From: Myxococcota bacterium
GTDB lineage: Bacteria > Myxococcota_A > UBA796 > CAJQPC01
DNA: 64,000 bases
Reading direction: 5' to 3'
NCBI GenBank assembly: GCA_036229005.1
Contig: JAZAMN010000030.1
Coordinates: 16,416 to 80,415, forward strand
The stretch's first letter is position 1; each line of letters opens with the position of its first letter. The notes under the pieces were generated by a model, which was given only the letters and a program-made list of their open reading frames with translations, was not told where the DNA came from and searched no databases. A program made the translations under genes and the position numbers. This document shows positions 21,988 through 31,177 of the stretch, piece by piece.

Positions 21988-22018
21988 GCTTGCCGCCCCA
22001 GCGGCTCCCCCTTAGTCA

Positions 22019-22660
22019 ATGAATGAATACTCATTCAGAGGTCTGGAGTCTGTGGGTAGGGCCGAAGCCAGGAAGAGTGAAAAGCGCGGTCGCATCACCG
22101 AGGCCGCCATCGCCGTGTTCGCCGAGCGGGGCTTCCACGTCGCTCGCGTGAGCGACATCGCCAGGCGCGCGGGCGTCGCCGACGGCACCATCTACCTGTA
22201 CTTCAAGAACAAGGAGGATCTGCTCCTCTCCATCTTCGAGGAGCAGATGGACCGGCTCAGCTCTGGGCTGGCCGAGGTGCTGGAGGGCGTGGACGACCCC
22301 CGGGAGCGCATCCGCCGCTTCGCCAGCTACCACTTCGAGATGGTGCGTGAGCACCGCAACGTCGCCGAGGTCCTGCAGGTCGAGCTCCGGCTCTCGACCA
22401 AGTTCATCAAGGACTACCGGCCGCAGAAGCTCTGGGACTACCTCGGCGTGTTCGCTGACTGTGTGCGCCAGGGCCAGGAGCAGGGGCTCATCCGACCCGA
22501 GGTCGACCCCTTCTCCACCATGTGGGCCTTCTTCGGGGCCCTCGACCAGATCGGTATGCAGTGGGTCCTGGCCCGCAAGAAGCAAAAGTTCAACCTGGAC
22601 AAAGCAGCCTTGGATGTCGCGGAGATCTTCATCCGTGGCATGGCCGTGGAGTCCACCTGA
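22019..22660 (+). CDS. TetR/AcrR-family regulator (FadR-like context)
   Basis: HTH region RITEAAIAVFAERGFHVARVSDIARRAGVADGTIYLYFKNKEDLL. It precedes etfBA. The start is uncertain; an alternative GTG lies at 22052. Confidence 0.85.
   Translation: MNEYSFRGLESVGRAEARKSEKRGRITEAAIAVFAERGFHVARVSDIARRAGVADGTIYLYFKNKEDLLLSIFEEQMDRLSSGLAEVLEGVDDPRERIRRFASYHFEMVREHRNVAEVLQVELRLSTKFIKDYRPQKLWDYLGVFADCVRQGQEQGLIRPEVDPFSTMWAFFGALDQIGMQWVLARKKQKFNLDKAALDVAEIFIRGMAVEST
22020..22037. promoter_or_regulatory. Palindrome TGAATGA-atac-TCATTCA, candidate TetR/FadR-type operator
   Basis: Perfect 7-bp arms form an AT-rich island at the 5' end of the tetR gene. It resembles my memory of the Bacillus FadR (YsiA) box. 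Confidence 0.5.
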
Positions 22661-22699
22661 GAGTGCGGCCTGTGGCCGCGACAACCCAATGGAGGCACC

Positions 22700-23488
22700 G
22701 TGAAGATCGGCGTTCTGCTCAAGCAGGTCCCCGCCTCTGATTCCCGCATCAAGATCAACGGGGATCAGTCCGGCATCGTGACCGACGACATCAAGTGGGA
22801 GATCAACCCCTACGACGAGTTCGCCCTGGAGGCCGGCATCCAGCTCAAGGAAGCCAAGGTCGCCGACAGCCTGGTCCTGATCACCATGGGTGACAAGGAC
22901 GCCGAGGCTCGGGTCAAGGACGGTCTGGCCCGCGCGGTCAAGGCCAAGCCCGAGGCCATCCGCGTGGACGCTGGCGACTTCGCCGGCGCCGACTCCCTGG
23001 GTGTCGCCAAGGCCCTGGCCGCTGCCATCAAGAAGGCCGGCATCGACCTGGTCCTCACCGGCAAGCAGGCCATCGACAACGACAACGCCCAGGTGCCCGC
23101 GATGCTCGCGGAGCTGCTGGACCTCCCCCAGATCACCCAGGTCGAGAAGCTGGAGGTCACCGCTGACGGTGTGACCGCCCACCGCGTCATGGGTGGCGGC
23201 CAGGTCGACGTGGTCAAGGCGCCCGTGAACGCCGTCGTGACCTGCGACAAGGGCCTCAACGAGCCCCGCTTCGCCTCCCTGCCCGGCATCATGAAGGCCA
23301 AGCGCGCCAAGATCGCCGTCTGGGGCGCTGGCGACCTGGGCGTGGACGCTGGCGCTGCGCTGGTCACCGAGAGTGACTACCGCGAGCCCCCCGCCCGCCC
23401 CGCTGGTCAGATCATCGAGGGTGCCTCCGTCGCGGAGAAGGTCGACAAGCTCGTCAACCTGCTCCAGAACGAGGCCAAGGTTCTCTGA
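22700..23488 (+). CDS. etfB: Electron transfer flavoprotein beta subunit
   Basis: VKIGVLLKQVP...WEINPYDEFALE...; typical length of 262 aa. Confidence 0.95.
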   Translation: MKIGVLLKQVPASDSRIKINGDQSGIVTDDIKWEINPYDEFALEAGIQLKEAKVADSLVLITMGDKDAEARVKDGLARAVKAKPEAIRVDAGDFAGADSLGVAKALAAAIKKAGIDLVLTGKQAIDNDNAQVPAMLAELLDLPQITQVEKLEVTADGVTAHRVMGGGQVDVVKAPVNAVVTCDKGLNEPRFASLPGIMKAKRAKIAVWGAGDLGVDAGAALVTESDYREPPARPAGQIIEGASVAEKVDKLVNLLQNEAKVL

Positions 23489-23533
23489 ACCTGCCCACCC
23501 TTCAACGCACTTTCGTCCAAAGGACAAGAAATC

Positions 23534-24484
23534 ATGGCTGGAATTCTCGTTTTCAGTGAGCACGAGGGCGGGCAGATCAAGAAGACCGCCTTCGAGCTGA
23601 TCGCCAAGGCCGCCTCCCTGGGCATGGGCCCCGTGTCCGCCGTCGTCGTCGGCGATGTCGACACCGCCGCCCTGGGCACCTACGGCGCCACCACCGTGTA
23701 CAAGGTGGCCGGCGACTTCTCGAGCTACACCACCGGTGCCTACGCCAAGGCCCTGGCGGCGGTCATCGAGAAGGCGGACCCCGCAGTGGTGCTCGGCGCC
23801 GCGAGCGCGGTGGGCAAGGACCTCTTCCCCCGCGTGGGTGCCCGCATCGGCGCCGGCGTCGTGACCGAGGCCACCGACCTGATCGCTCAGGACGGCGGGC
23901 TGGTCGCGCACCGCCCCATCTACGCCGGCAAGGCCTTCGTGACCGCCAAGGTCAACGGCCGCGCCCTGATCACCGTGCGTCCGAACTCCTTCGGCGCTCC
24001 CGAGGCTGGCGCTGGCAGCGCTGAGGTCGTCGCTGTGGACGCTGGCATCAGCGCCGCCGACTCCAAGGTGCAGGTGGTGGAGTCCATCAAGAGCACCGCC
24101 ACCGTCGCCGACCTGACCGAGGCTGACCGCATCGTGTCCGCCGGCCGCTCCATCAAGAGCGCCGAGCAGTACGACGCCGTCGTGCGCCCCCTGGCCGCCA
24201 CCATCGGCGCCACCCCCGGTGCCTCCCGTGCCGCCGTGGACGCTGGCTATGCGCCCCACAGCCACCAGGTCGGTCAGACCGGCAAGGTCGTCAACCCCAA
24301 CCTCTACATCGCCCTGGGCATCAGCGGCGCCATCCAGCACCTCGCTGGCATGCGCACCTCCAAGGTCATCGTGGCGGTGAACAAGGACCCCGAGGCCCCC
24401 ATCTTCGCCCACGCCACCTACGGCCTGGTCGACGATCTCTTCGAGGTCGCTCCCGCCCTCCAGGCCAAGCTCGCGTCTCTCTGA
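23534..24484 (+). CDS. etfA: Electron transfer flavoprotein alpha subunit
   Basis: The C-terminal FAD-binding block [42 protein letters not shown]. Confidence 0.95.
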   Translation: MAGILVFSEHEGGQIKKTAFELIAKAASLGMGPVSAVVVGDVDTAALGTYGATTVYKVAGDFSSYTTGAYAKALAAVIEKADPAVVLGAASAVGKDLFPRVGARIGAGVVTEATDLIAQDGGLVAHRPIYAGKAFVTAKVNGRALITVRPNSFGAPEAGAGSAEVVAVDAGISAADSKVQVVESIKSTATVADLTEADRIVSAGRSIKSAEQYDAVVRPLAATIGATPGASRAAVDAGYAPHSHQVGQTGKVVNPNLYIALGISGAIQHLAGMRTSKVIVAVNKDPEAPIFAHATYGLVDDLFEVAPALQAKLASL

Positions 24485-24539
24485 GATTCGGCTTCGCCCG
24501 CGCAGGATCGTCCAGTAGGGCCATCCTGACGACAACTTC

Positions 24540-24575
24540 GCGCCCCGTGTCGCTCCAAGTGGCGGCCCGGGGCGC
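24540..24575 (+). terminator. Possible hairpin after etfA
   Basis: GCGCCCCG-N20-CGGGGCGC. Confidence 0.3.
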
Positions 24576-24606
24576 GTTGCTATAGTGGGGCGGCTCCGTT
24601 TCGCCC

Positions 24607-27477
24607 GTGAGCCGCACCATTTCCTCCTCCGATCCCAGCACTGACGCCTCCTGGTTGGACGCCTCCCTCGAGATCCTCATGGATCGCGGTGAGCCCCGCT
24701 CCGTGGTGCGGATCGTGGAGCGCTGGGCCACCTCGGGTGAGCCCACCACGCACGCGCTGCTGCTCCAGGCCCAGGCCTTCCTTCAGCTCAACCTGATGGA
24801 CCGCGCCTGGGTGCGCCTCAAGGAGGTCGGCGAGCGCGAGCCTGAGAACGTCCAGGCCTTGTTGCTCACCGCCCAGATGTTCATCGAGCGCGGCTGGCCG
24901 CTGCGGGCGCGCAAGCTGTTGGCCCGGGTGGAGGACGACTCCGAGCTCGCCCAGCACCTGCGCGCCGCCGCCGAGCAACCGGCCCTGGCTCCCCCCAAGC
25001 AGGCCCGCGAGATCGAGGCTGAAGGCACCCCCCAGCAGCAGCTTGAGCTGGCCGAGCGCTTCATGGCCGCGGGCACCTTCCTGCGCGCCAAGTCCATCCT
25101 GGAGCGCCTGCGCCGCAAGGGAGGCCCCACCGAGCCCCGCGCGGAGCTCCTGCTCTGGGCGCTTGGCGGCGGCTTCGTCAACGAGGGCGGGGACCCTGGC
25201 GCGCTGCTCCTGGAGCTGGCCCCCGAGCTCGAGGGTGTGGACGAGTCCAACACCCTGGACCGCGAGTCCACCTTCGACGAGCCCTTCGGAGAGGGGGAGG
25301 TCACCTCCACCGGCCTCGCCCAGGAGGAGAGCGGCGGCTCCGACGAGGGCTTCCCGGCGCTCTTCCGGCGGGCGGAGCTCCCCCGGGACCACAACACCAC
25401 CGAGGAGGTCACCGCGGTCAGCGGGTTGGCCTCGCCGGCGGAGCTCCAGCACAGAGATCCGACCGAGGAGACCTACTCCGGCGGTGGGGGAATCGTCTCC
25501 GGCGACACCCAGATCATGATGGTCATCCGCAAGGACGGCCAGCAGGAGGACGCCGAAGGCGAGCACCACACCCTGGGACAGGAGGACGACGGACTGCGGG
25601 AGACCCTCAACCTGCGGGACTACCTCAGCCACATGGGCATGGACCCAGCGCTCTCCGATCTGGACGGCGACGAGGTCGACCTGGAGGAGGAGGACGATGA
25701 CCTGATCGTCGTCACCCGCCGCGAGCGCCCCACCCGCGAGCCCACCGAGGAGCTCGATCTCGACCAGCCCGTACAGGTCGTCGAGAAGCCCCTGACCCCC
25801 ATCCATCCCCCCGAGCTGCTTGAGGAGGATGAGGAGCGGACCATCGGCGCGCCGGCGCCGGCCATCCGGCCCCGGGATCCGGAGCCCACCTCCTCGGACC
25901 CCGTGGCTGACGCCCCCCTCGAGCCCCAGTCCGCCGACGAGGGCAGGCTGAGCCGCTGGCTGGGCCTGGCGATCATCGCGCTGGTGCTCCTGGTCGTGGC
26001 CGCCGTCACTGGCGTGTTCGTGAGCCAGCGGCTGGCGTCCAACGCGGTCGTCGACCACGCCCTCCAGGTCGTCGCCACCGCGGATCAGCGCGCCCTCCAG
26101 GAGCTCGAGGCCAGCCTGGAGAGCCAGCTCGCCGAGCACCCCCAGGATGGGGCGCTGCAGGCCAGCTACGCGCTGGTGGAGCTGGTTCTGTGGCGCGAGT
26201 TCACCGGGGACCCGGTGCGGCTGGAGCAGGGCTCGGCCGCCGCCGCCGCAGCGGCCCAGCTCAAGGGCGGCGGCGAGCCGATGGCCCTGGCCTACGCCTA
26301 CCGGGCCTTGGCGCAGGGCGACCTGGAGACCGCCGCACAGAACCTGGAGGCCGCCGGGGACTCGGCCGAGGCCAAGGCTGTCGCGGCCATGATCGCCTTG
26401 GAAGCGGACCAGCCTGCAGAGGCCGTCCAGCGCTCCCGCGAGGCCCTGGCCCTCTCGGACGCTCCCCGCTACCACCAGATGCTGGCCCAGAGCTGCCTTG
26501 AGGCTGGGGACCAGCCCTGCGCCCAGGCGCAGCTCGCGGGCATGGGGGAGGGCGCCTCGGCGCAGCTCATGGCCCTCCGCGTCCAGGACCAGGGCAGCGC
26601 GGAGCAGCGCCTGGAACAGGTCGAAGCGCTGCTCGAAGGTCCGCTCCCCTTGCGGGTCGCCAGCGACGCTCAGCTCCTGCGTAGCGAGCTCCTGGTCGAG
26701 CTGGACCGGCCCGAGGGTGCTCTGCTTGCCCTCCACGAGGCGCTGCGCGAGGACCTGGACAACCCCGAGCTCCTGCTGCATCGCGCCGCGCTGGAGGCCT
26801 CGCTGGGACGACAGCGCCGCGCACTGGCCGCGCTGGAGCGCGCCGCCCGGGTGCGCCCCCTGGACATGGAGCTGCACACCGCGCGGGTGGCGGTGCTCCT
26901 GGAGCTCGACCGGGTCGAGTCTGCGAGCGAGCTCGTCCAGGCCCTCCCGGAGGCCCCCCGAAAGCAGGTCCTGCAGGCCTGGGTGGCGCAGGCGGAGGGA
27001 GGGGAGCCCGCCGCAGATCTGCAGGATTCCACCGACCCTCTGGCTCAGTATGTCCTCGCTTGGGGGCAGGGGGCGCAGAGGGGGGAGTCGGCCAAGGAGC
27101 TGGAGGGTGTGGCCCAGCAGCTTCGGGCCAGCGACGAGCCCTTCCTCTCCCGCCTCGCAGGTCCGGTGGAGGCCCTCGCGGCCCTGCGCTCCGGGGGCGA
27201 GACCCAGCAGGCGATCCTGCGGGACAGCAGCGATCCCTTGGCCTTGCTCGCCTTGGCCCAGGCGGTGTCCGAGGACCAGCCCCAGCTCGCCGCAGGTCTG
27301 CTCGACCGCTGCACCGAGTCCGCCGGCGCGCTGGCCCGGGCGCACTACGAGCGGGGGCGGGTGTACAAGCTTCTGGGCAGGGAATCGGAGTCCCGGGTCA
27401 GCCTGCGGGCCTACCTGGAGCTCTCGCCGGACGGCCCACGGGCGGTACAGGCCCGAGGCCAGTTGGCGCGTCGCTGA
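24607..27477 (+). CDS. Large TPR-repeat protein with central acidic region and one TM helix
   Basis: 956 aa with a GTG start. The TM helix is WLGLAIIALVLLVVAAVTGVFV. Many Ala/Leu-rich TPR-like helices are present. Confidence 0.7.
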   Translation: MSRTISSSDPSTDASWLDASLEILMDRGEPRSVVRIVERWATSGEPTTHALLLQAQAFLQLNLMDRAWVRLKEVGEREPENVQALLLTAQMFIERGWPLRARKLLARVEDDSELAQHLRAAAEQPALAPPKQAREIEAEGTPQQQLELAERFMAAGTFLRAKSILERLRRKGGPTEPRAELLLWALGGGFVNEGGDPGALLLELAPELEGVDESNTLDRESTFDEPFGEGEVTSTGLAQEESGGSDEGFPALFRRAELPRDHNTTEEVTAVSGLASPAELQHRDPTEETYSGGGGIVSGDTQIMMVIRKDGQQEDAEGEHHTLGQEDDGLRETLNLRDYLSHMGMDPALSDLDGDEVDLEEEDDDLIVVTRRERPTREPTEELDLDQPVQVVEKPLTPIHPPELLEEDEERTIGAPAPAIRPRDPEPTSSDPVADAPLEPQSADEGRLSRWLGLAIIALVLLVVAAVTGVFVSQRLASNAVVDHALQVVATADQRALQELEASLESQLAEHPQDGALQASYALVELVLWREFTGDPVRLEQGSAAAAAAAQLKGGGEPMALAYAYRALAQGDLETAAQNLEAAGDSAEAKAVAAMIALEADQPAEAVQRSREALALSDAPRYHQMLAQSCLEAGDQPCAQAQLAGMGEGASAQLMALRVQDQGSAEQRLEQVEALLEGPLPLRVASDAQLLRSELLVELDRPEGALLALHEALREDLDNPELLLHRAALEASLGRQRRALAALERAARVRPLDMELHTARVAVLLELDRVESASELVQALPEAPRKQVLQAWVAQAEGGEPAADLQDSTDPLAQYVLAWGQGAQRGESAKELEGVAQQLRASDEPFLSRLAGPVEALAALRSGGETQQAILRDSSDPLALLALAQAVSEDQPQLAAGLLDRCTESAGALARAHYERGRVYKLLGRESESRVSLRAYLELSPDGPRAVQARGQLARR

Positions 27478-27623
27478 TCGAGGTTTTGGGGCAAGCAACA
27501 TTAGTCGCTTGCGAACTTGTCGCTTGAGTGACTAAGTTGGGTTGCTCGACGATCTCAGGCCTGCGCCGAAGGTCATCACACGACAAATCAACAGGGCCAC
27601 CGGGCCCGTGATGGAGGAAAACA

Positions 27624-28484
27624 ATGACTACCCGCACGCTCGGCTTCGGCCTGCTCACGGCTGGGCTTCTCGTCTCCCTGTCCGCCTGCAAGGACGGCAA
27701 CGACTGCGACACCGCCGCTGGCGAGGTCTGTGACACCGGCTCCGAGGGCGACGCTGACGCCGACTCGGACTCCGACTCCGACACCGACTCCGACGCAGAC
27801 GCCGACTTCGACGACTACGCCGCCGCCTTCTCCTTCTACTCCGGCTACCAGGACGGCGCGCACGTCAACTGGACCGCGAGCGATGGCTCCGTCGGTGAGC
27901 CCTGGGTCTCCGTGACCATCTACGAGGAGGCCTACTTCGACGACGGCGACGACCGCTACTCCTGCACCTGGAACGCCTACATCACCGAGGTTGCCACCGA
28001 CAACCTGGGCGTGGACGGCCTGTGGTACGGCGCCGAGATGGCCTTCGAGGGCGTCGAGGGCGGCACCGACTGCGCCAACTTCAACGAGGAGGCCTGGGGC
28101 TCCACCGATCCCACCGCCGCCTTCGAGGCCATGCGCTGGGGTCTGGGTTGGGGGCCCCTGGGTCCGAACGTCGGTCCCTCCCTGGAGGAGGCTGTCAACG
28201 GCTCCAGCTACGACTGGGCCACTGACTTCGAGCCCTACGTCTTCAGCTACTACCTGGGCTTCACCAGCGACACCAGCATGACCTTCGCTGACAGCGAGAC
28301 CGTGAGCGACTACGGCTACGCCTTCGCCTACGAGGTCGATCCCAGCGACATGAGCATGGTGTTCGACTCCGACGAGGCCGCCATCCAGCTCGAGCTCGGC
28401 TCCGCTACCGAGATGCCCTCCGCCGCCTTCCTGCAGGGCGCCGGCTGGTACCTCCCCTACACCAGCAACTTCACCGGCGAGTGA
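27624..28484 (+). CDS. Lipoprotein, paralog 1 of an uncharacterised family
   Basis: Lipobox LVSLSAC, a (D-x)n acidic linker, and the conserved pattern C-T ... C ... GxGxL shared with the next two genes. Confidence 0.7.
   Translation: MTTRTLGFGLLTAGLLVSLSACKDGNDCDTAAGEVCDTGSEGDADADSDSDSDTDSDADADFDDYAAAFSFYSGYQDGAHVNWTASDGSVGEPWVSVTIYEEAYFDDGDDRYSCTWNAYITEVATDNLGVDGLWYGAEMAFEGVEGGTDCANFNEEAWGSTDPTAAFEAMRWGLGWGPLGPNVGPSLEEAVNGSSYDWATDFEPYVFSYYLGFTSDTSMTFADSETVSDYGYAFAYEVDPSDMSMVFDSDEAAIQLELGSATEMPSAAFLQGAGWYLPYTSNFTGE
27750..27815 (+). repeat. GAC-NNN codon periodicity (11 units) encoding a DADADSDSDSDTDSDADADFDD linker
   Basis: Direct reading of the sequence. This is coding low complexity, not an array. 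Confidence 0.8.
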
Positions 28485-28594
28485 TTCGGTCTCCGCTGGG
28501 CCTTCGGGCTCGGCGGTGCCATCAGCGAGGGTGTCTCGGAGCGATCCGGGGCACCCTCGCTGCCTCTGGGCCTGCGTTGTGAGAGACTGCCGCC

Positions 28595-29134
28595 ATGCTC
28601 CTGTCCCTACTCGTTGCTTGCGCCACCCCCTCGGGTGAGGGGCCTCCAGGCTGGGCCGTCGCCTACGCCAACGTGGTCCCGGAGGCGGAGGGTTCCTGGC
28701 GGGGACACCAGGTCTGGGTGTTCTACGAGGACGGGTGGAGCCGACAGCCCGGGGCGGAGTGGCACCTGTGCACCCTGCTCCAGGGCCTGGAGGGCAGCTC
28801 CCCGGGGCAGGCACTGGAGGGTTGTCCGGAGTGCATCTCCCTGGTGCAGGTCCAGGTCCAGAACATCGAGTCGGACTGTCCGGAGGCCTGGCTGCAGGAT
28901 CCCGGCTTCGAGTCGGACCTGAACATGGCCGTGGGGCCGCTCCCAGATGACCTCGCTGTTGGGGCACCAGACAACAGCTCGCTGGGCTGGTACAGCTCCT
29001 ACGGAGATGAGCCCCTGTCGCCCCAGGGCTACACAACCTCCGAGGCCGCCCTCTCTGGGAGGGAAGCCCCCCAGGGCTTCGCCGAAGAGCAGCCCTACAC
29101 CCTGTGGCCCGCCTACGCCTGGTCGCTGCGTTGA
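28595..29134 (+). CDS. Lipoprotein, paralog 2
   Basis: Lipobox LLVAC. Pattern WHLCTLLQGL ... SDCPEAWL ... LNMAVGPL. Confidence 0.65.
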   Translation: MLLSLLVACATPSGEGPPGWAVAYANVVPEAEGSWRGHQVWVFYEDGWSRQPGAEWHLCTLLQGLEGSSPGQALEGCPECISLVQVQVQNIESDCPEAWLQDPGFESDLNMAVGPLPDDLAVGAPDNSSLGWYSSYGDEPLSPQGYTTSEAALSGREAPQGFAEEQPYTLWPAYAWSLR

Positions 29135-29204
29135 GCCCTCGACGCCAGGGGTCGCCGGCTCGGGATCTGGCGGCTATGCTCAGGGCAGGCAGGGTGGAGA
29201 CACC

Positions 29205-29843
29205 ATGAAGCGCGCAGCTTGCACATCGCTGCTGATGGCGTTCGCCGTGGCGTGCACGCCTCGCGGGGTCGCGGACACTGCTGCCCAGGCAGACGACACC
29301 TCCTTCGCGGTGGACGACAGCGGGACGGACGACACCTCGCAGCCTGAGCCCGAGCGCTTTCGGGTCCTGGGCACGCTGACCGTTCAGGATGGCGAGTACG
29401 TCGCGGCCGAGGTCCAGTATCGCCTGCTCGCGGACGACGGCACCGAGATCTGCACGCAGACCCACGCCGCGGAGACGGTGACCATGGCCCTGTCTCCGGA
29501 GCCCGAGTGGGTGTTCGACTGGGCCCGCTTGGACCTCGCCGACACCGACGAGTGGTGTCAGGCGAGCCTGCCCAGCAGCCTGGGGGTGGGGTTGGGTCTG
29601 TTGTACACCGAGGTCGTTCCTCACCTGGAGGCCAGCGGGGTGGCGGAGGTCCAGAGCTCGCTGCAGGGCTTCTACGCCAGCTTCGAGCAACCCTGGAGCG
29701 ATGGGATCGAGCAGAGCACCCTGGCAATGGGCTACGCCGGGACCGAGCAGGCGCTCGCGGGTGAGGTCCAGGCCGCTGAGTCCGGCCCGCTCCCCGACGG
29801 CGTCTACAGCTTCCGGTCCGTGTTCACGCTGACCCTGGAGTAG
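29205..29843 (+). CDS. Lipoprotein, paralog 3
   Basis: ATG at 29205, with lipobox in MKRAACTSLLMAFAVAC. Pattern TEICTQTHAA ... DEWCQASL ... LGVGLGLL. Confidence 0.65.
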   Translation: MKRAACTSLLMAFAVACTPRGVADTAAQADDTSFAVDDSGTDDTSQPEPERFRVLGTLTVQDGEYVAAEVQYRLLADDGTEICTQTHAAETVTMALSPEPEWVFDWARLDLADTDEWCQASLPSSLGVGLGLLYTEVVPHLEASGVAEVQSSLQGFYASFEQPWSDGIEQSTLAMGYAGTEQALAGEVQAAESGPLPDGVYSFRSVFTLTLE

Positions 29844-30662
29844 TCACCAGCTCAGCGTGGGCGCGTCCGTGAGCGCCGCCGAGGCGAACACCCGTCCGTT
29901 CTCCGGGCAGTAGTGCCAGTCGGTGTCGACCCCCGTCAGGGTGGCCTGGTCCGGGACCTCGTTGCAGTAGGGGAGAACGCTGCCCTCGGCGGCGCTGAGC
30001 AGGTTCCGCGGCAGCCCGCCGGGGACCAGGATCCCGAGCGCCTGGCCCGGTCCGTCCCCGTCCAGGTCGTAGTGGTTGGCCTGGAGCTCGTCCAGGGTGG
30101 GCCAGTGGCGACCGGGGTGACGTCTGAGCTGTTCGTGGGCCTCCGAGAGCCCCGCCCGAAGCCGCGCCAGGTTCTCCTGTGTGCGGGCCTCTGCGTCGGG
30201 GGGCGGCCGGTAGTTCTCGGGGTTGGGGCCGGGCGCGGCCTGCTTGGGGGGCAGCAGCGCCAGCAGGGTCAGGGGGAGGAGGAGCAGCGCAGCCCACCTC
30301 AGCCTTGGGGCCCACCGCCTGAGCCTCCCGTCCCCCTCGGCCACCTCTACACCCCCTCCACCGGCGAGGACATGCTGGCGCGCGCTGGGAGAGAGCACGC
30401 AGTCGCGCAGCGTGCAGCCCTGGGCCTGGACGCCGTCGAGCTGGCATGCCCGGAGCAGCGCGCCGTCCAGCCGGCACCCCCGAAGGTCCGCGCTCCGCAG
30501 GTCACAGCGCTCCAGGGTCGCTCCGCGCAGGTCGCAGTCCCGGAGGCTCAGGACCCGGACATCACGCAGGTGGGCCCGCTGCAGGGAGCAGTCCTCCAGG
30601 CGCCCGAGCTCGCCGCCCTGGATCTGGGCTCCATCCAGGTCCTTGCCCTCCAGGACCTTCAC
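29844..30662 (-). CDS. Pentapeptide-repeat protein with TM helix and extracytoplasmic C-terminal domain
   Basis: Repeats CSLQRAHLRDVRVLSLRDCDLRGATLERCDLRSADLRGCRLDGALLRACQLDG, then LLLLPLTLLALL. The preferred GTG at 30662 forms a GTGA overlap with the upstream stop. Confidence 0.7.
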   Translation of the reverse strand: MKVLEGKDLDGAQIQGGELGRLEDCSLQRAHLRDVRVLSLRDCDLRGATLERCDLRSADLRGCRLDGALLRACQLDGVQAQGCTLRDCVLSPSARQHVLAGGGGVEVAEGDGRLRRWAPRLRWAALLLLPLTLLALLPPKQAAPGPNPENYRPPPDAEARTQENLARLRAGLSEAHEQLRRHPGRHWPTLDELQANHYDLDGDGPGQALGILVPGGLPRNLLSAAEGSVLPYCNEVPDQATLTGVDTDWHYCPENGRVFASAALTDAPTLSW

Positions 30663-31009
30663 TCCTCTGGACGGGCCAGGCAGACCTGCGTGTAGGAGAC
30701 GGGGAATCCGGTGCCCTTGACGCCGATCTCGAAGTCCGCGCTGAAGGGCCGCCAGCCCTCCTTGCTCTGCTCGCTGGCCCACTGTCCGATGGGATCGTTG
30801 GGATCGGAGGTGGTGAAGATGCCGCCGTACTCATCGTCCGGCGTGACCCTGAAGGTCTTGCACATGAGCTCCGCGGGAGGCGGCGGGGTCAGGGTGGGGA
30901 GCGCCGGGGGGGCGTCCTGTGCTTGGGCCTGGGAGAGGCTGGTGCCGGCGATGGCGCCGATGGCGAGGGCGATCCCGGCGACGCCGAGCAGCTTGGGGGA
31001 CAGACGCAT
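30659..31009 (-). CDS. Small secreted protein (116 aa, two Cys)
   Basis: Signal peptide MRLSPKLLGVAGIALAIGAIAGTSLSQAQA. The start was checked against the sequence (CAT at 31007-31009). Confidence 0.6.
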   Translation of the reverse strand: MRLSPKLLGVAGIALAIGAIAGTSLSQAQAQDAPPALPTLTPPPPAELMCKTFRVTPDDEYGGIFTTSDPNDPIGQWASEQSKEGWRPFSADFEIGVKGTGFPVSYTQVCLARPEE

Positions 31010-31177
31010 GAAACCTCCGGGGGCAACGCTACCCCGGTTTGCGGGCGCCGTCCCGTCCGGTCTGGGAGATCGGGTGGAGACGGACAAGCGGACAATTTTT
31101 GGCCCCGGACAATTTTTGGCTCTCACCCCCTGGCTTTGTTCAGTATGTTGTTTGTGTCGATGACAGAGGAGTCGTCC

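Noticed and set aside
22031-27501. Long minus-strand ORFs 22031-24535 (834 aa) and 24580-27501 (973 aa).
   Set aside because: They are antisense to tetR-etfB-etfA and the TPR gene. Their composition is Gly/Ala/Asp/Leu-rich repeats with no motifs. The sense-strand genes are unambiguous.
27750-27815. Periodic GAC-NNN DNA here, and the G/E/D/Q-rich stretch at ~62671-63099, as candidate CRISPR or tandem-repeat arrays.
   Set aside because: The periodicity is 6 nt and in frame within clear ORFs. These are acidic linkers of a lipoprotein and of the Rhs C-terminal region, with no repeat-spacer structure.
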